Below are positions 13,841 to 28,744 of a DNA stretch of 64,000 nucleotides, piece after piece (positions within the stretch are counted from its first letter, which is position 1; each line of letters starts with the position of its first letter). The notes beneath the pieces are model-generated. The model did no database searches. It worked only from the letters and a program-made list of their open reading frames with translations, and had not been told where the DNA came from. The translations under genes were made by a program, and so were the position numbers. The DNA is taken from assembly GCF_009914755.1 (NCBI RefSeq), contig NC_060937.1; one strand, given 5' to 3'. Source of the DNA: the human T2T-CHM13v2.0 reference genome, Homo sapiens.

Positions 13841-14599
13841 ACAACATATAAGGTAATATGAATACATTGAGGCATATAGACTTTTGATCTGTATTTTCTC
13901 TCGATGTCTACATACCATGTCATTGCTCAGGAAGCAGTAAACTGGGGAAATACTGACCTACCCTTATAGGATTATAAGCATATTATAAATGTGCTTCATA
14001 GGGAATCTATCTTCAAAGTAAATTTAAGCTGTGAATGTGATTAGTTTAGTTTTATTAAAATATATTGGAATATTGGACTATGTACAATATTTACCTTTTC
14101 ACTTTTTGTGTAGTAAGGTAAGGGGAATACTTTTAGGACAAATGCTTCCGCTCTTTTTGTGAGCCTACTATGTGACACTTCTTTGTAGCTGAAACACTGC
14201 AAGAAGCTGAGGAGTTCTGTCTAGTCATGTTTTATTTTGCCTTTGGAAATTGGGAGGCTGGTTGGAGCAGGGTTGCGGGCAATAGAGAAGGGGAGGTTAG
14301 CAGAAAGGTAAACTCTAGATGGCTGCTATGAAGCCGAGGAAAGGGAACAAGTCAGCAATGAAGCTGATTCCTGACTCTGAGGATCCAGCTAGGTGGGAGC
14401 ACATGTAATTTGAAACACTTGGCATACTTAAGCTGGATTTAATGCCTTTGCTTGTGTGGTTGTTTGCTTGCTTGTCATTGCTCAACTTCTATGTTGATAA
14501 GCAGAGAATATGGATGCTTCCACACATTCATGTATTTGATCTACTTTGGAAGGTACAGTGAAATAACACAAATTTAGGATGATTTTATGAGGCATCTAG

Positions 14600-15250
14600 G
14601 GTATATCAATGAGATATCTGCCCTCTTATGTTTGTTGCAGCACTGTTTACAATAGCTAAGATTTGGAAGCAACCTAAGTGTCCATCATCAGATAATGGAT
14701 AAAGAAAATATGATTCATATACACAATGGAGTAGTATTCAGCCATAAAAAAGAATGAGATTCAGTCATTTGCAACATGGTTGGAACTGGAGAGCATTATG
14801 TTAAGTGAAATAAGCCAGGCACATAAAGACAAATGTCACATGTTATCACTTATTTTTGGGATTTACATTTCAAAGCAATTGAACTCATGGAGATAGAGAA
14901 TAGAGGAATGGTGACCAGAGACTGGGAAAGGGAAATGAGGGGCTAGGGGAGGTAAGGATGGTTAATGGGTACAAAAAATAGCAAGAATGAATAAAACCTA
15001 TTATTTGATAGCACAACGGGGGACTATAGTCAATAATAACTTAATTGTATATTTTAAAATCACATGAAGATTGCAGTTGGATTGTTGGTAACACAAACGA
15101 TAAATGTTGGAAGGGGTGGACACTCCCTTTATCCTGATCTGAATATTATGCATTGTGTGCCTATATCAAAAATATCTCATGTACCCCATAAATATATACA
15201 CCTACTAGGCACACGCACAAAATTAAGAATTTAAATTTAATTTTTTAAAA
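14600..15250 (+). mobile_element. L1MA2-like 3' end
   Basis: AATAGCTAAGATTTGGAAGCAACCTAAGTGTCCATCA...TCATGTACCCCATAAATATATACACCTACTA. Confidence 0.9.
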
Positions 15251-15260
15251 AAGATGATGG

Positions 15261-15562
15261 GGCCAGGCGCGGTGGCTCATGCCTGTAATCCCAGCACTTT
15301 GGGAGGCCGAGGCAGGTAGATCATGAGGTCAAGAGATCGAGACCATTTGGCTAACATGGTAAAACCCCGTCTCTACTAAAAATACAAAAATTAGCTGGGT
15401 GTGGTGATGCATGCCTATAGTCCCAGCTACTCAGGAGGCTGAGGCAGGAGAATGACTTGAGCCCAGGGAGGCGGAGGGTGCAGTTAGCCGAGATCGTGCC
15501 ACTGCACTCTAGCCTGGTGACTGAGCGAGACTCCATCTCAAAAAAAAAAAAAAAAAAAAAAA
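15261..15562 (+). mobile_element. AluSc
   Basis: Full-length Alu with A-tail; TSD AAGATGATGG at 15251-15260 and 15563-15572. Confidence 0.93.
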
Positions 15563-16369
15563 AAGATGATGGTAGGAATAGTTGAAGAAATGAAACCTCA
15601 GGCCAGGCAATAACATTTGGAAGAGAAGTAAAAGACAGTCACAAAAGTAGAGTAGACCAGCAATCCACAAGGCCGGATATTGTATTTGTTGTCTACAAAA
15701 TATAATTCAGGTATTGGCAGTAATTCAGGTAGAGGAAAGTTTGGGGACGAGTTAAAAAAGGTTGGGAGGGGATTGGCATTCTGAAGAATCAGTGGCAAAT
15801 ATGTTTCAAGAATAAACAGTTAAGTAAAATGGGTGTGAAAGACGAGGTTTTGATAAAAGGCACATTTAAAATTCTGTGTGGAGAAGCTTTGATAGCAATC
15901 TTGCCATCAACTTTTTTTTTGGAAATTTAAATAATACAAGCAGTGAGTGGCTTTAACTCCAAGGACTGTGATAGAAGCTGCATTCTGAGAAGTTCAAGTA
16001 TCAGGTAAGTCCATGAGAAAGAAGAAAATTCTGTGAAGAAACCAGGTTGTCTTCACTGGAAAAGTAAAAACCAAACCAGTAAAAATGTTTGGTAAAAATA
16101 ATAGCTGTCATATTTGAGGCAATATCAAAGAAGGAAAGAGTGAAATAGAAAACAGCAAAGGAAAAAGAAAAGAAATATTTTAAATTTTAACCAAAGAAAT
16201 TAAGGATAGAAGCCAGGCTAGAGTTATCTGGCCTTGAGATTCTAAGAAGGATTTTGATGCCAGATTGCTTTTTGCAAAAACCGGGTGTGACCTGAGGTCA
16301 CTGCCCATCCTGTCTTCTCATGTGTCTCTAAGTCCTGAGCCAGAATGTGCTACTATTTTTATGTTGTTC

Positions 16370-17060
16370 TGCAATCAGCAAATCTTTATTGAGTACTTCT
16401 CCTGTATCAAGTGCTATCTAGTTTGAGAATGTAGCATGACATAGCTCCTGCTTCAAGGATTTTACAGCCTCTTGTGGGAGATAAACAAGTAAACAAGCTA
16501 GGAATAGTCAGCATGAGAAATGCTATAGTTGGCAAAATGAAACATGCCTTGGGAACACAGAGGCGGGAACAAACCCCATCAGGGGCAATCAGCACAGCTC
16601 CTCCCGGAATTAAAGTCTGTGTGAGCTCTGAAGGTTAAGTAGAGCCAGCAAGGTCAGTGGCAGAATCTCTGGGCTGGAGAAAGTATAATTTTACACATCA
16701 GGAGATAGTTGTAGGATGCCTTAGAGATGAGACTGTGGCATACTGGGGACTTTATGTGGCTCAGGACTAGAGTCCTTGTGAAAGAAAGATGACAGCATAA
16801 CATAATGGAAAGATATGAAAACCAGACAGCTTATGCAGGACTTTCCTTACCAGGAGATGGAATTTTAACTTTGTTCTGCACAAAAGAGGTTTTAAACGAG
16901 GAAGTGAATAATGAGGTTTGGATTTACAGTGTATTCTGAATATTGAGAAAGATCCATTTTACATGTGTACTGAGAGCATTTAGATGCCATTTGTCTTAAG
17001 CCAGGATGCCTGCTCTGAGATAGACAGGGAGAGAGAGCAGGAGACAGATTTGAGAGACAG
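16370..17060 (-). mobile_element. L2 3' fragment
   Basis: Antisense L2 terminus CAGCAAATCTTTATTGAGTAC, followed by CCTGCTTCAAGGATTTACAG. Confidence 0.65.
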
Positions 17061-17869
17061 TGGCAGGGTTCTTACCTATTTGGAAAGGGTTGTTTGTATG
17101 CTGTTGTGTTTCCTTTGTTTATAAGAATATAGGAAACAGATACAAGCAGTATGTAGCCTCAAAACTATTTTTTTAGGAATATTGACGGTGCAAACACAGT
17201 TTTGTAAAAGGAATTGAGTATGGGAAGATAAAACAGAGGAACATGCGAAAAAAACAATTCTTCAACAGTTTAGTAACTTAGTGGGCTCCTCCTGTTTTTA
17301 AATTTTTTTTCATATGTTGAGAAATTCAATACAGCACCCAATATTAATTTCTCACCTATCATTTTGTTTTTATTTACTAATAAAACTCTAAAAATTAGAA
17401 TAAAACCTTTAGTTTTATAATATTAAGCACACATTTCAATAGACTACATATGTATTTATATATACATACGTGTAAAAATATATTTATATATGTGCATAAA
17501 AACCTATATGTCAAGTTTTAAAATTATGTTTCTGGCAAAATTTAAACTTACCTTACTTTTGGGCTAAATACAACATAACTATCATTTCTATGTCAGTAGT
17601 GTTGGAAACTGGAAAGCAAATAGTATTTTCCATACATACTTTCTTCAAAATACTGCTAACTGCCATAAAGTTTAAAAAGTTATCTGGTGACTGCACTGTC
17701 TAATCTGTAAGAAAATGTACATTTATATACAAATAATGATAATATAATAGCATTTATAGAAGGCTTAGTTTGTGCCAGCTATGCTTCTAACTAAATTACG
17801 TATTTTATTTTTCCTTACACCAAACCTATTGCATAGCGCTCGTCGTAACACTTCTCAACAGATTTTATT

Positions 17870-19200
17870 CATTTATTTTATTAAAGTGGTAACCAGTAGC
17901 TATGTATCATTGAACAAAATGTAAAAAGAGCTTTGCTCTGTTGAAGTGTATATTCTAGCTGGAAAAGATAGATGATCAATAATAAGACTAAATAATAAAT
18001 TAATGAATGGGAAAATTGTGTAGACTATTACAAGTGATCAATGCTGTGGAATTTGAATGACAGAATATGTACAGCAGGAATAGGAACTGAGATTGTTTGG
18101 GTGAAGCAGAGGTTCAGAGGTGAGTATTAAATAGTGGGTGAAAATGCAATATTTGAGCAAAGATCATTTGGGCATAAGAGAAGTAACGAAGTAGGAATTT
18201 AGGAGAAGCACTCTAAGCAGAAGAAAAGGTGGGGGAAAGAGAAGTATTACGGGAAAGGTCTGAACAGAAATGTGATGTTCTCTGACTTATGTTTTTCAAG
18301 GATCGTTCTGGCCTAGACAAAACCATAGGGAGGGCAAGGATAGAGGCAGGGAGAACTGTTAGAAGACAATTCAAATAATATCGGCCAGCAGGGATGGTGC
18401 TCGGCCTGGGTAGAAGCAGTAGCAATGGTGAGGATGGCTCTGATTCTAGCTGGATTTTAAAGATAGAGCTCACTACGTTTCCCATCAGATTGAGTGTTGG
18501 TGTGAAGGTGATCAGTCCAGGATATCTGGAGCACTTGACTCCATGGAATTATTAGTATGAAGGTACCATGAACATAAACAAGGAAAGCTCTGGGCAAAGC
18601 AGGTGGGTAAGCAGAAATCCACCTTTGGACATGGTAAATTTGAGATAATCCACGTGGAGGTACATGAGCCAGTGTGTACACTAATCTGAAGTTAGGAAGA
18701 AAAACCTGGTTAGATAAATAAATTTGGAAGTATTCAACATACAAATAATATTTAAAACCATGGATTGGGGATAACCAGGGAAGTGAGTGACAGAGCGGGG
18801 CTCATAGGATTCTCAATAGAGGCAGTGAAGAAGAAGAATGAAGAAGTGCCCAGTGGTGGTAAATCAGAAATCAGGAGAGTAAGATATCTTTGGAGTCAAA
18901 TCGTGTAAGTGCTTTATGGAGGGCAGATAATCAACTGACCACACACTGAGAATTTACGATTGGATTTTACACTATGCTGGTCACTGGTGACACTGAGGTG
19001 AACAGTTTGGGTGGGATGGTGAAAGCCAAAGCTCGGAAGGAAGTTTTAAGAGAGAATGGGCAGAAGGAAATTGGAGACAGAACTAGAGATAGAAAGAGGC
19101 AAACATGGGCAAGGGCTAGCAGGGCAAATGGGTTCAAAAGAAGTTTTCTGGTTGCTTTATATGTTAATGAAGGACAAAGTCATGGTTTCTCTGGATGCTG
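17870..19200 (-). mobile_element. L2a-like fragment
   Basis: Antisense L2 motifs in order: ATTTGAGCAAAGA, GATTTTAAAGATAGAGC, TTTGGACATGGTAAATTTGAGAT, GATTGGATTTTAC. Confidence 0.75.
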
Positions 19201-20772
19201 ACAGGAATGGCCCATTAGAGAGCAAAGAAAAGATGACATTGAAATAGCAAAGGATTCCGAAAATTATGCCCTTGTTTAGGGGGAAGAAAGGAGCAGGCAC
19301 TGAAATGGCAGGGGTCACTGCTGTTGGGTTTTTGGATGGTCCATCTATGGGTTGGATGCAGGGTGACCGTTAACAGTAATGCAGGTGCTTGTAGGTGGAT
19401 AGATGTGGTGTGTGGCTCTTGAGACAAAGTGATCATCTGAAAGTGAGCTTGGAAAGAGACTCATTATGTCTGGAGAAAAGAATAGAGTTCAAAGCATTCA
19501 ATACCTTAGAAAATTGGGGAGAGAATGTTGTAGCAGCCTGGGAAGTAGTATGATTGACATAATTTATGGCAAACTTGTTCATTGCTACTAATGAAGAGTG
19601 ACGCTAGTTAGTCTAATGCATTTTTTTTTCCACTTCCACAGATATAGTGTGGAGTACGCCGAAGTTTAGGTCAAAATCAAGGTTGTGAATTTGCCAAATG
19701 AAAGGAAGCAGGAGGGTGAGGAGGGAAAGGAGGAGAGGGCTTTGGTTGTAAGGGAAAGAGTGGTTATAATAATTTATAATGATACTCAAGCTGGATACAG
19801 AGGGGAAAATAGATATCAGGAAAGAAGAGACAGTAAAAAAAAAAAAAAAGAGTAGAGCAAACTGGAAGTCCTAGCGGGGTAAAAAAGTTGATGAAATTAG
19901 AGTACAAAACAGAGAGCTGGAAAGGGAAGTGGAAATGATCAATGAGAGGGATGAATGAAACTTAGATTGAGGTGGTGGCCGGTATAGGTAATGACAAGTA
20001 TGGCTATGACCCTGGGAATAATTATTGAGATCTAGATTCATTGATTTTTAGATAGTTAAGCAACTTGGCTAGTTCCAGGATTCAAACCCAGAATGTCTGA
20101 CCTCATAGCTCACACAGGATTGCCTCCAATTTTCTATCTTCATATTTTCTGTTTTGGCTATAGACACATACCAACTGCCTCCAAACGTCCACTTGCTGGT
20201 GTTGGCACCAGGAAAATGCAACGTGTGTTGGTCATAATGAGCTATGGCTTTCCATTTTTTTCTGGGAAATGCTGGAGATTTTTAACCCCAGGAGGGTGTG
20301 TCAGTGAATCCTCAGCAGCATCTGCTGCCTCTGGTGTTCGGTCCCAGTGATATTTCACTCCAGCAGCGCTTAAAGGAGTTTGCAGTCAGAGTTGGCCAGG
20401 AAGATTTTAGAATTTTACTTCTTCACATCTCATGTATTCCTCCTACTTCCAGGAAACGCTTTTGTCTTTCAAGTCACTCTCAATCTTAAAATGCACATAT
20501 GTTACTCTTGGAGCTGTTTATTTAAGTCTGTATTCTTAATGTAGATCTGTATCACTGACTGATAGTGAATTCCTACAGCACAAGAGCTGTCTGACTTGAA
20601 GCCTGAACTTAGCTTTTAAAATCAGGACCTGAATTTCCGTTCTACAAATTTTATTTTCTTCAAATTTCCATTAAGTTATTTTTGAAATTGTATTGTTCTG
20701 GAATGAGGTGATTGAGGTGATTTACCATTCTAGAAAACACTTTGTGTTTTTTGCACACTTTTTAAATTTGTT

Positions 20773-21114
<342 letters not shown>

Positions 21115-21404
21115 TTATATTCTAGGTTATCTGAAAATAACAAATGAAAGAATTATATAAAATCGATATTTTGTTTCCAGAATTTTTCTACATATTTGTT
21201 AGTTCTGTCTTTGCCTTACTTCACACTATCAGTTTTTCTTTAATATTTGGTGATCCTTAGTGTTCGCTCATAGTTACAGAATGAAGATTCGATTTCAATG
21301 AAGATTGATTTAGATACGTAGATACAAAAAAAGGTTTTCTCTGAAATTTTGACCATGTTCAGCACATTAATTTGTCAAGGGACTTGGAAGAAAAGACTAT
21401 CAAT

Positions 21405-21407
<3 letters not shown>

Positions 21408-21450
<43 letters not shown>
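21408..21450. repeat. (TA)n microsatellite
   Basis: About 21 perfect TA units. Confidence 0.95.
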
Positions 21451-21455
<5 letters not shown>

Positions 21456-21642
21456 TGCAAATAAAAAACATATCAAACATTAAAAATCATGCCTTCAAAT
21501 CATATCTAGAAAATCGAAAAATAAGGGAATTATAGATATTCATAATCTATTCATGATTAGTAATAATTAGAAGAAAATCAATGATAATATTAAAATAACT
21601 AATATCAATTGTTTGCATATGATGTGCCACTTATTTTACTAA

Positions 21643-22120
<478 letters not shown>

Positions 22121-23355
22121 CCAGTCTTAACAGAGAGCCCATTTTCTTAACTTTGCATGGCATTTTTTGTCTCAGATTCATAAATGTGTGTGTGTGTGTG
22201 AATCATATGTCAAAATGTTATCTTTGGATGGTGATATTATGGGTGACATTTTATTATTTGTTATTATTATTTTATTATTTGTGCTTTCAAACTATCTGCA
22301 GTATATGTTTAGTAATTTTATAAGTAGAAAAATTTCTAGTGACTTTACACAATCTGGATTAAAAGGCAAAGTAATATGAGAAGGTTAAGAAATAGGGAAA
22401 TGCTCGACCGGCCAAGGATGAGCGCTTCTAAGATGGTCAAAAGCAAGTCTTCACTGGGAACACTGAGCAGGCAAGCTGCAAGACTAGAAAATAATGCCTC
22501 ATACTGAGATGGTTATGTTGATATAAGACTTTTAACAAGTCCCAGAATATGTCTGTGAATGAAAGTAGCAGTAAAGAAGTGGTCAAGGCCATTTGATATG
22601 CCATCAATAAATGCAGAGTCTTGTTCATATGTAGATATTAACGTCATGAAGATGATGGCAGGGATGGGCATAATGTGGATCGGGTTTATAAAAGAGGGGC
22701 ACCACCTATGATGTGACAGATGCTGGCACAGGAAGAGAAATTAGAGTTCGGTCAAATCACTTATGTAATCCTAAAAAGATGAGAATTTCATTTTATAGGA
22801 GAGCGTGGATGTATAATAGAGTGGTGGGAAAACGATTTGGGGTATTTAGGGGATCAGAAAGAATTAAAACTACAACCTTGCAAATGAGTTAAATGACCAT
22901 AAGAGTATAAATTAATCTCATGCACTGGAAAATGAAATAGGCACTCTATTTGCTGAGGGATGCTAATGCTACCAGGACTGTGTAAGGTTCAAATATCCTA
23001 AATATAATACTGGAACACAGATATTATTCAATTCAACATGTGTGAACTGCAACTTGTAATATTCTACACCATAATTATGGTGTAGAATAAATAATGATGA
23101 AATCAGAATATAAATCTAGTTTTCCATGAATTCTTAGTGAGAATATGGGATTCATGGAAAAAATTTAATGTTCTTTCCATTGTGATAGATTGTACTGTGT
23201 ACTGAGGAACTTTCAGGTAAAGGATGAAACATTATCAAAGCAAAATTGAAAGATCAGAGAAACACTATAGTCAACTGCATAAATTAAAACTTAAAAACAA
23301 AACTAGAGTGAGAAGAAACTTAGACGCTAACTTGAAGATCTCCTCTGTTTCAGCT

Positions 23356-24040
23356 TGTTCCTGAAGGGTCTGGTTTCATGTGAACAAATTTTAAGACCGA
23401 TGCATTATGGTAAACTCAGTTAGTTAGAACCATGATATTAGAGAGGACAGTGACAATGTCAGCATCCCATATCAGTCAACATACTGAAAGGGGGCCAGGT
23501 GGGCATGGCAACATACAAAAACACAAGCCAAAGGTGCCCAGCTTGATCTTTGATTTGTGGTTTTATATGTTGGCATGCTTCTTGGGTTTGTGCCTCTCCT
23601 CCCGTGATGTTTCCTTGGGGCAGGCTGTCCGCATGTGCAGTGGCCTGCCAGCCCTTGTGAGGGACCACATGCAGTGTGTTCCCTGAAGTTGTTCACGTGC
23701 GCATTTGAGCCGTTTTTCCCTTACCAGTTGAGTGGTCCTAGAAGAAGGTTATATGGCAGTTAAACTCTGCCATTTTGTCTCTTAGTGTGCATGCTTGAGC
23801 CCCGCGCCCAACTTCTGAGATCTTATCAGGAAGTTGCTGATACCAGCTTCAGGTGTTTTCTGTCCATTGGGAGATAGCCTTTCCCTGGCGCCAGCTGTGA
23901 CCAATTATTATTTTAGAGCGTTTATCAACTGTCTGACCATCACCTGATGGTCACCTGACATTCCTGGGTGGCAGGAGTAGGGGTGACCTCTCCTGCCCTG
24001 CCCTGCCCTGCTCATGTCTGCCTAACTACCTACTCTAACA
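23356..24040 (-). mobile_element. MER50-like ERV1 solo LTR
   Basis: Reverse complement begins TGTTAGAGTAGGTAGTTAGGCAGACATGAGCAGGGCAG, the MER50-type LTR start; the other end is approximate. Confidence 0.75.
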
Positions 24041-25630
24041 ATCGGAGTTCAGCTCCATGAAGCAAGAACCATGAAAATGATACTAATTGTACGGGATCAA
24101 AGATATCTACATTTCCCTCTTACTTATGAGGTATATCACCCTTTGATACCACTTTGGACCACTTGAAGGTCTTTATTTACTTGCTTTACAATTTTGTAAG
24201 TCAACAATGATTTCTGCAGAACATTGAAGGATGTTTTTGTTTTGTTTTGTTATATTTTTCAGGAATCCACTCCAGTGTATCATTACTTTGTATTGGCAAA
24301 CATTTGGGGATTTTCCACAAACAAAGTCTCCTCTACATTATAAAAATATATACCATTACATTACAAAATATATACCAAGTTAGCTGATTGTTGTTATTAT
24401 TACTGTTTTACATTTACAAAAGAAAAGATGAGACTGCTGGGGGATTTATTTTACCCCATCTCCCTGGCTCCAAATGTCATTGCATTTTTTAAAAAAGTCA
24501 ATTTTACAGGATTTAATTTAGGACCTAGCATTTAGACAAGTTACTTACCGTATCTTAAGCCATCAAGAATTGTGATAATCAACTGACTCAATTTAACTGC
24601 ATCAGCATTTTGTATAAATGTAATAAGAAATAAGTTGAACAACTTCACAATAGAAATCTTCAGCACATAGTAATTGTATAACTATTGATATTATTCCAAT
24701 CTCTCTCTCATGTACTCCCTTGTGAATATCATTGCTTATATTAGACTTCATAATACTGCTTTTGAAACAAATTGAGTACATGAATGACAATCTTTTCATT
24801 TAAAGTTTTAAAATTGTTATTCACAGGGTTTAAAAACAATCCTAAAATTAGGAATTTAATATAGCATTTGTGATTATGATTTATTCAAAAGAAGCTTAAC
24901 CTTTTCAGTGTCAGGGTACTAGCAAGTCCAACAATGGGTTGTTGTCATCTGAATTATTGGTAATTGGTGGTCAGTTTGGGGCTCACAGCAGTCATGGTAG
25001 TTAAGGTGAGTCAAGAAAAAACTAGGAAAGTAATTAAGGATTGTCAAGGGTAAATACATCTGACATAAAAATAGCCTGGGTCTCCTGTTGGGAATGCTAC
25101 CGTTGTGGAATCTGGCAAGCAGACTCATTACTGAGGGTAATTATCGCCTCCTGCTTTGTAACTATTGTTAATTTTTGAAGGTTTCTTTAGCCAGAGCTTG
25201 CCAGGAGTTGTAATGATACCACAAACAAGGTCACTAAGTGGCTAGTCGGAGTTTTCTAAGGTAAGACACACATGCAGAATATCATGTTTAAAAATTCAAC
25301 TTATTTATTTGCTACATAAGATTTTTCAAGTTCCTGAATGTAACCCAGTATCATTTTTATTTCTGACCTACAGCAATGTGCTAGAATATTTAAATGCTTG
25401 AACTGCCTGAAAGATGATTTTAAAGAAATAAAAAGAAAGTATCTTGGAATTTCCCCCATCTTTTTAGTTGTTCGTGTTTGTGGATAGAGATGTAGAGACT
25501 AGGACTTAACTGTTTTCTCATGATTCTCTAATCAGCTGATAAAGTGCTTTATATCAACTTATGTCAGCCCTTCTCTACCTGACACTTTACAGTATTCAAA
25601 CACAAACATTAGACATAATTCAAAACTTCT

Positions 25631-25948
25631 GGCTGGGAGCAGAGGCTCATGCCTGTAATCCCAGCACTTTGGGAGCCCGAGGTGGGCAGATCACCTGAGG
25701 TCAGGAGTTCCACACCCGCCTGGCCAACATGGTGAAACCCCGTCTCTACTAAAAATACAAAAGTAGCTGGGTGTGGTGGTGCATGCCTGTAGTCCCAGCT
25801 ACTCACGAAGCTGAGGCAGAAGAATTGCTTGAGCCCAGGAGGCGGAGGTTGCAGTGAGCCGAGATTGCACCACTGCCTTCCAGCCTGGATGGCAAAGCCA
25901 GACTCCATCTCAAAACAAAAAAACAAAAAACAACAACGACAACAACAG
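25631..25948 (+). mobile_element. AluSx-type
   Basis: Full-length Alu (ATCACCTGAGGTCAGGAGTT) with (CAA)n-like tail; TSD AAAACTTC. Confidence 0.92.
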
Positions 25949-26129
25949 AAAACTTCAGTGTAACTTGGCTTTAATTCAGAGATGCAAACGAATTATCTCA
26001 AGCACCTTTTCTCTCTAAATCATTACAGTTTCATAGGAGATGTCAACTAAGGATCCTCCGAAGTTTTGCTTTAGTTCACTGACTTTTAGAAACATACTGG
26101 TGATTGCCACATTTTTGTAGCATCTTTTC

Positions 26130-26192
26130 TGTGTGTATGTGTGTGTGTGTGTGCGCGCGTGAGTGTGCATGTGTGTGTGTGTACACGCGTGT
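26130..26192. repeat. (TG)n/(CG)n compound microsatellite
   Basis: Nearly continuous alternating purine-pyrimidine tract including GCGCGCG. Confidence 0.9.
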
Positions 26193-27371
26193 TTAATTTC
26201 TATTCATGGGAATTATCAATTTCTTTTACTATATCTCTGGCTTGGTCCCACATATTTCAATCTTTAGCTGTTATGTAAATAAGATACTACAATAAGTATT
26301 CAAATTAAAATGTAGCATATGGGTAAACAGGTGTAATATTTTAACAGAGTTTGAGAATTTAGAAAAATATTTTACAGAGCCATCCCCTGCATATTGTATA
26401 ATTTACCCTGAAAAATATAGAAATTAGTAGAGTGGTACTTGCTAATTTTCTCTTTGAAGATGTATAAAGCTGGCATTTTCCCCTTCTGTTCCCAGAAATT
26501 ATTGAAAAGCAACAAGGAGAACTACAACCAAAATACCAGGTTTTATTTTTTGAATGAAACTAGGAGAAAATTAGAGCCTCCATCTAAGAACAAGTGCGTA
26601 ATATTCCAGAATGAGTGAAGAGTCCAGAGAACCTTGTGGAAGGTATCAGAGATGTCTTCAGAGAAAGACTCAAATAGTAGTCATCAAAAAAGATCCAGTC
26701 AAATACAAATCTGAAGTGCAAAATCCAAACCATGTATTTACAACAGAGAGAAAGGACTAGATGAACTGATGGCAACAGCCGTTAAAATCCTGTTTAGTTT
26801 CAGAAAGAGACTTTGCATATCCAATTAGGAATTACAGAGAAAAATTCATATTCACGAATATATTCTATCTCTATGGAGGGGGAGAAATGTTTTGCATTGA
26901 AAATAACAACAGAAATTGTAAAATAAAAACGATTCATACAGATGTCACTCTCACTTGGTTAGAAAAAAGCAAAGAAATGCAAATTTACTCCTAAACTTTG
27001 AACCATAAAAACATTCCAGGCAATCAAGAACACTTCCCTGCCTCTACTTCCAGAGACAGAAGGAGAGACAGAGAGAGAGAGTGAGAGACAGAAATGTGAG
27101 GAGAAGAAACATGTAGATACACCTAATCCTGCAAAAACTCACCTGCATAAAGTTAAGAAAACAAAACAAGGAAATTACCTATTAATCATTAATCTGAACT
27201 TAACTGCCTTTGGATTCCAAGCACAATACAGTAGCTGATTGGAGCCTAATGTTCTACTCCAATAAGAGACTGGGACATCTGCCTAAAAAAACTGGAAAAG
27301 ATAGAATAGACAATGATATACAGTCTTTGAAATGCAGCAAAAAACTTCATAGACAAGGGAAGTAGAGGAGC

Positions 27372-27429
27372 TAAGAATCTGGAGAGGTGAAGAATGTTGT
27401 TAAGAATCTGGAGAGGCGAAGAATGTTGT
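27372..27429. repeat. 29-bp tandem duplication
   Basis: TAAGAATCTGGAGAGG(T/C)GAAGAATGTTGT x2 with one mismatch. Confidence 0.9.
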
Positions 27430-27986
27430 TCAGGTTAGTGACCTGCAGAACTTTTCCCAGGGACGGTTTTATCATGGGAGAGAGGATGCAGTGGAGAATC
27501 AGAGCTTACAGCCATTTAGAAAAGCAAACGAACAAACAACAACAATAAGCAAAACAAAACAAAAAACAAACAACAACAACAAAAAACAGAACTTTGCCAG
27601 AGACCTGTGGGCTTCCAACACCTGGCCGGTTTAACTCTGGGACACTGACCAAACCCCAGAAGGACAGTTTGGTGTTGTACACCCTGCCCTATGGGCAGGT
27701 ACTAACCAAAAAAGCAGAAAGCTTTTGAAACACTGACTGGAGATTTTCTGCACTCTGGGGAGGCAATGGTTGGAAGTGCCTGAGGTAAGAGGCCTGCAGA
27801 ATATGTAAGATTCTCTCAGATAAAAGTCCTGGAGGGTTAGGGACAAACCACAGGTAGATAGTATGAGATCAACCTCACTCCACATACCCCTCCAAAAGAA
27901 AGTGAAAAAAGGAAGTTAAAAGTTGCATAATCTTGGTGAAAGGCTTTACACAACTTTCACACACGTCGATATTACAAAAAACATAT

Positions 27987-28407
27987 ACATGTGGTAATTG
28001 TTTCTCTGTTTCTGCATTAATTTGATTAGAATAATGGCCTCTCGCTGCATCCATGTTTCAGCAAAGGACATGATTTCATGCTTTTTATGGCGGCATAGTA
28101 CTCCATGATGTATGTGTGCCACTTTTTCTTTAATTCACTGTTAATGGGCACCTAGCTCTCACTGAGTGGAAGTTAAACATTGAGTATACATGTGCATCAG
28201 ATAGCACCAGCAGACACTATGAACTACTAGAGGAGGGAAGGAGACAGGGGGTCATGATCTGAAAAACTATCTATTGGCTACTATGCTCACTGCCTGGATG
28301 ACAGGATCATCCATATGCCAAACCTTAGCATCATGCAATACATCTATGTAATAAACCTGCAAATGTACCCCCTGAATCTAAAATAAAAGTAGAAAATTTT
28401 TAACAAA
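27987..28407 (+). mobile_element. 5'-inverted L1PA15/16-like element
   Basis: Antisense L1 segment 27987-28155 joined to a sense 3' end 28157-28407 (AAACCTGCAAATGTACCCCCTGAATCTAAAATAAAAGT). Confidence 0.85.
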
Positions 28408-28411
28408 GTTA

Positions 28412-28744
<333 letters not shown>

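Noticed and set aside
16002-16010. Perfect splice donor CAG|GTAAGT
   Set aside because: No convincing upstream acceptor; isolated donors are expected by chance
20320-20340. CTCF-like motif (CACCAGAGGCAGC on minus strand)
   Set aside because: Core spacing is one base short of the consensus
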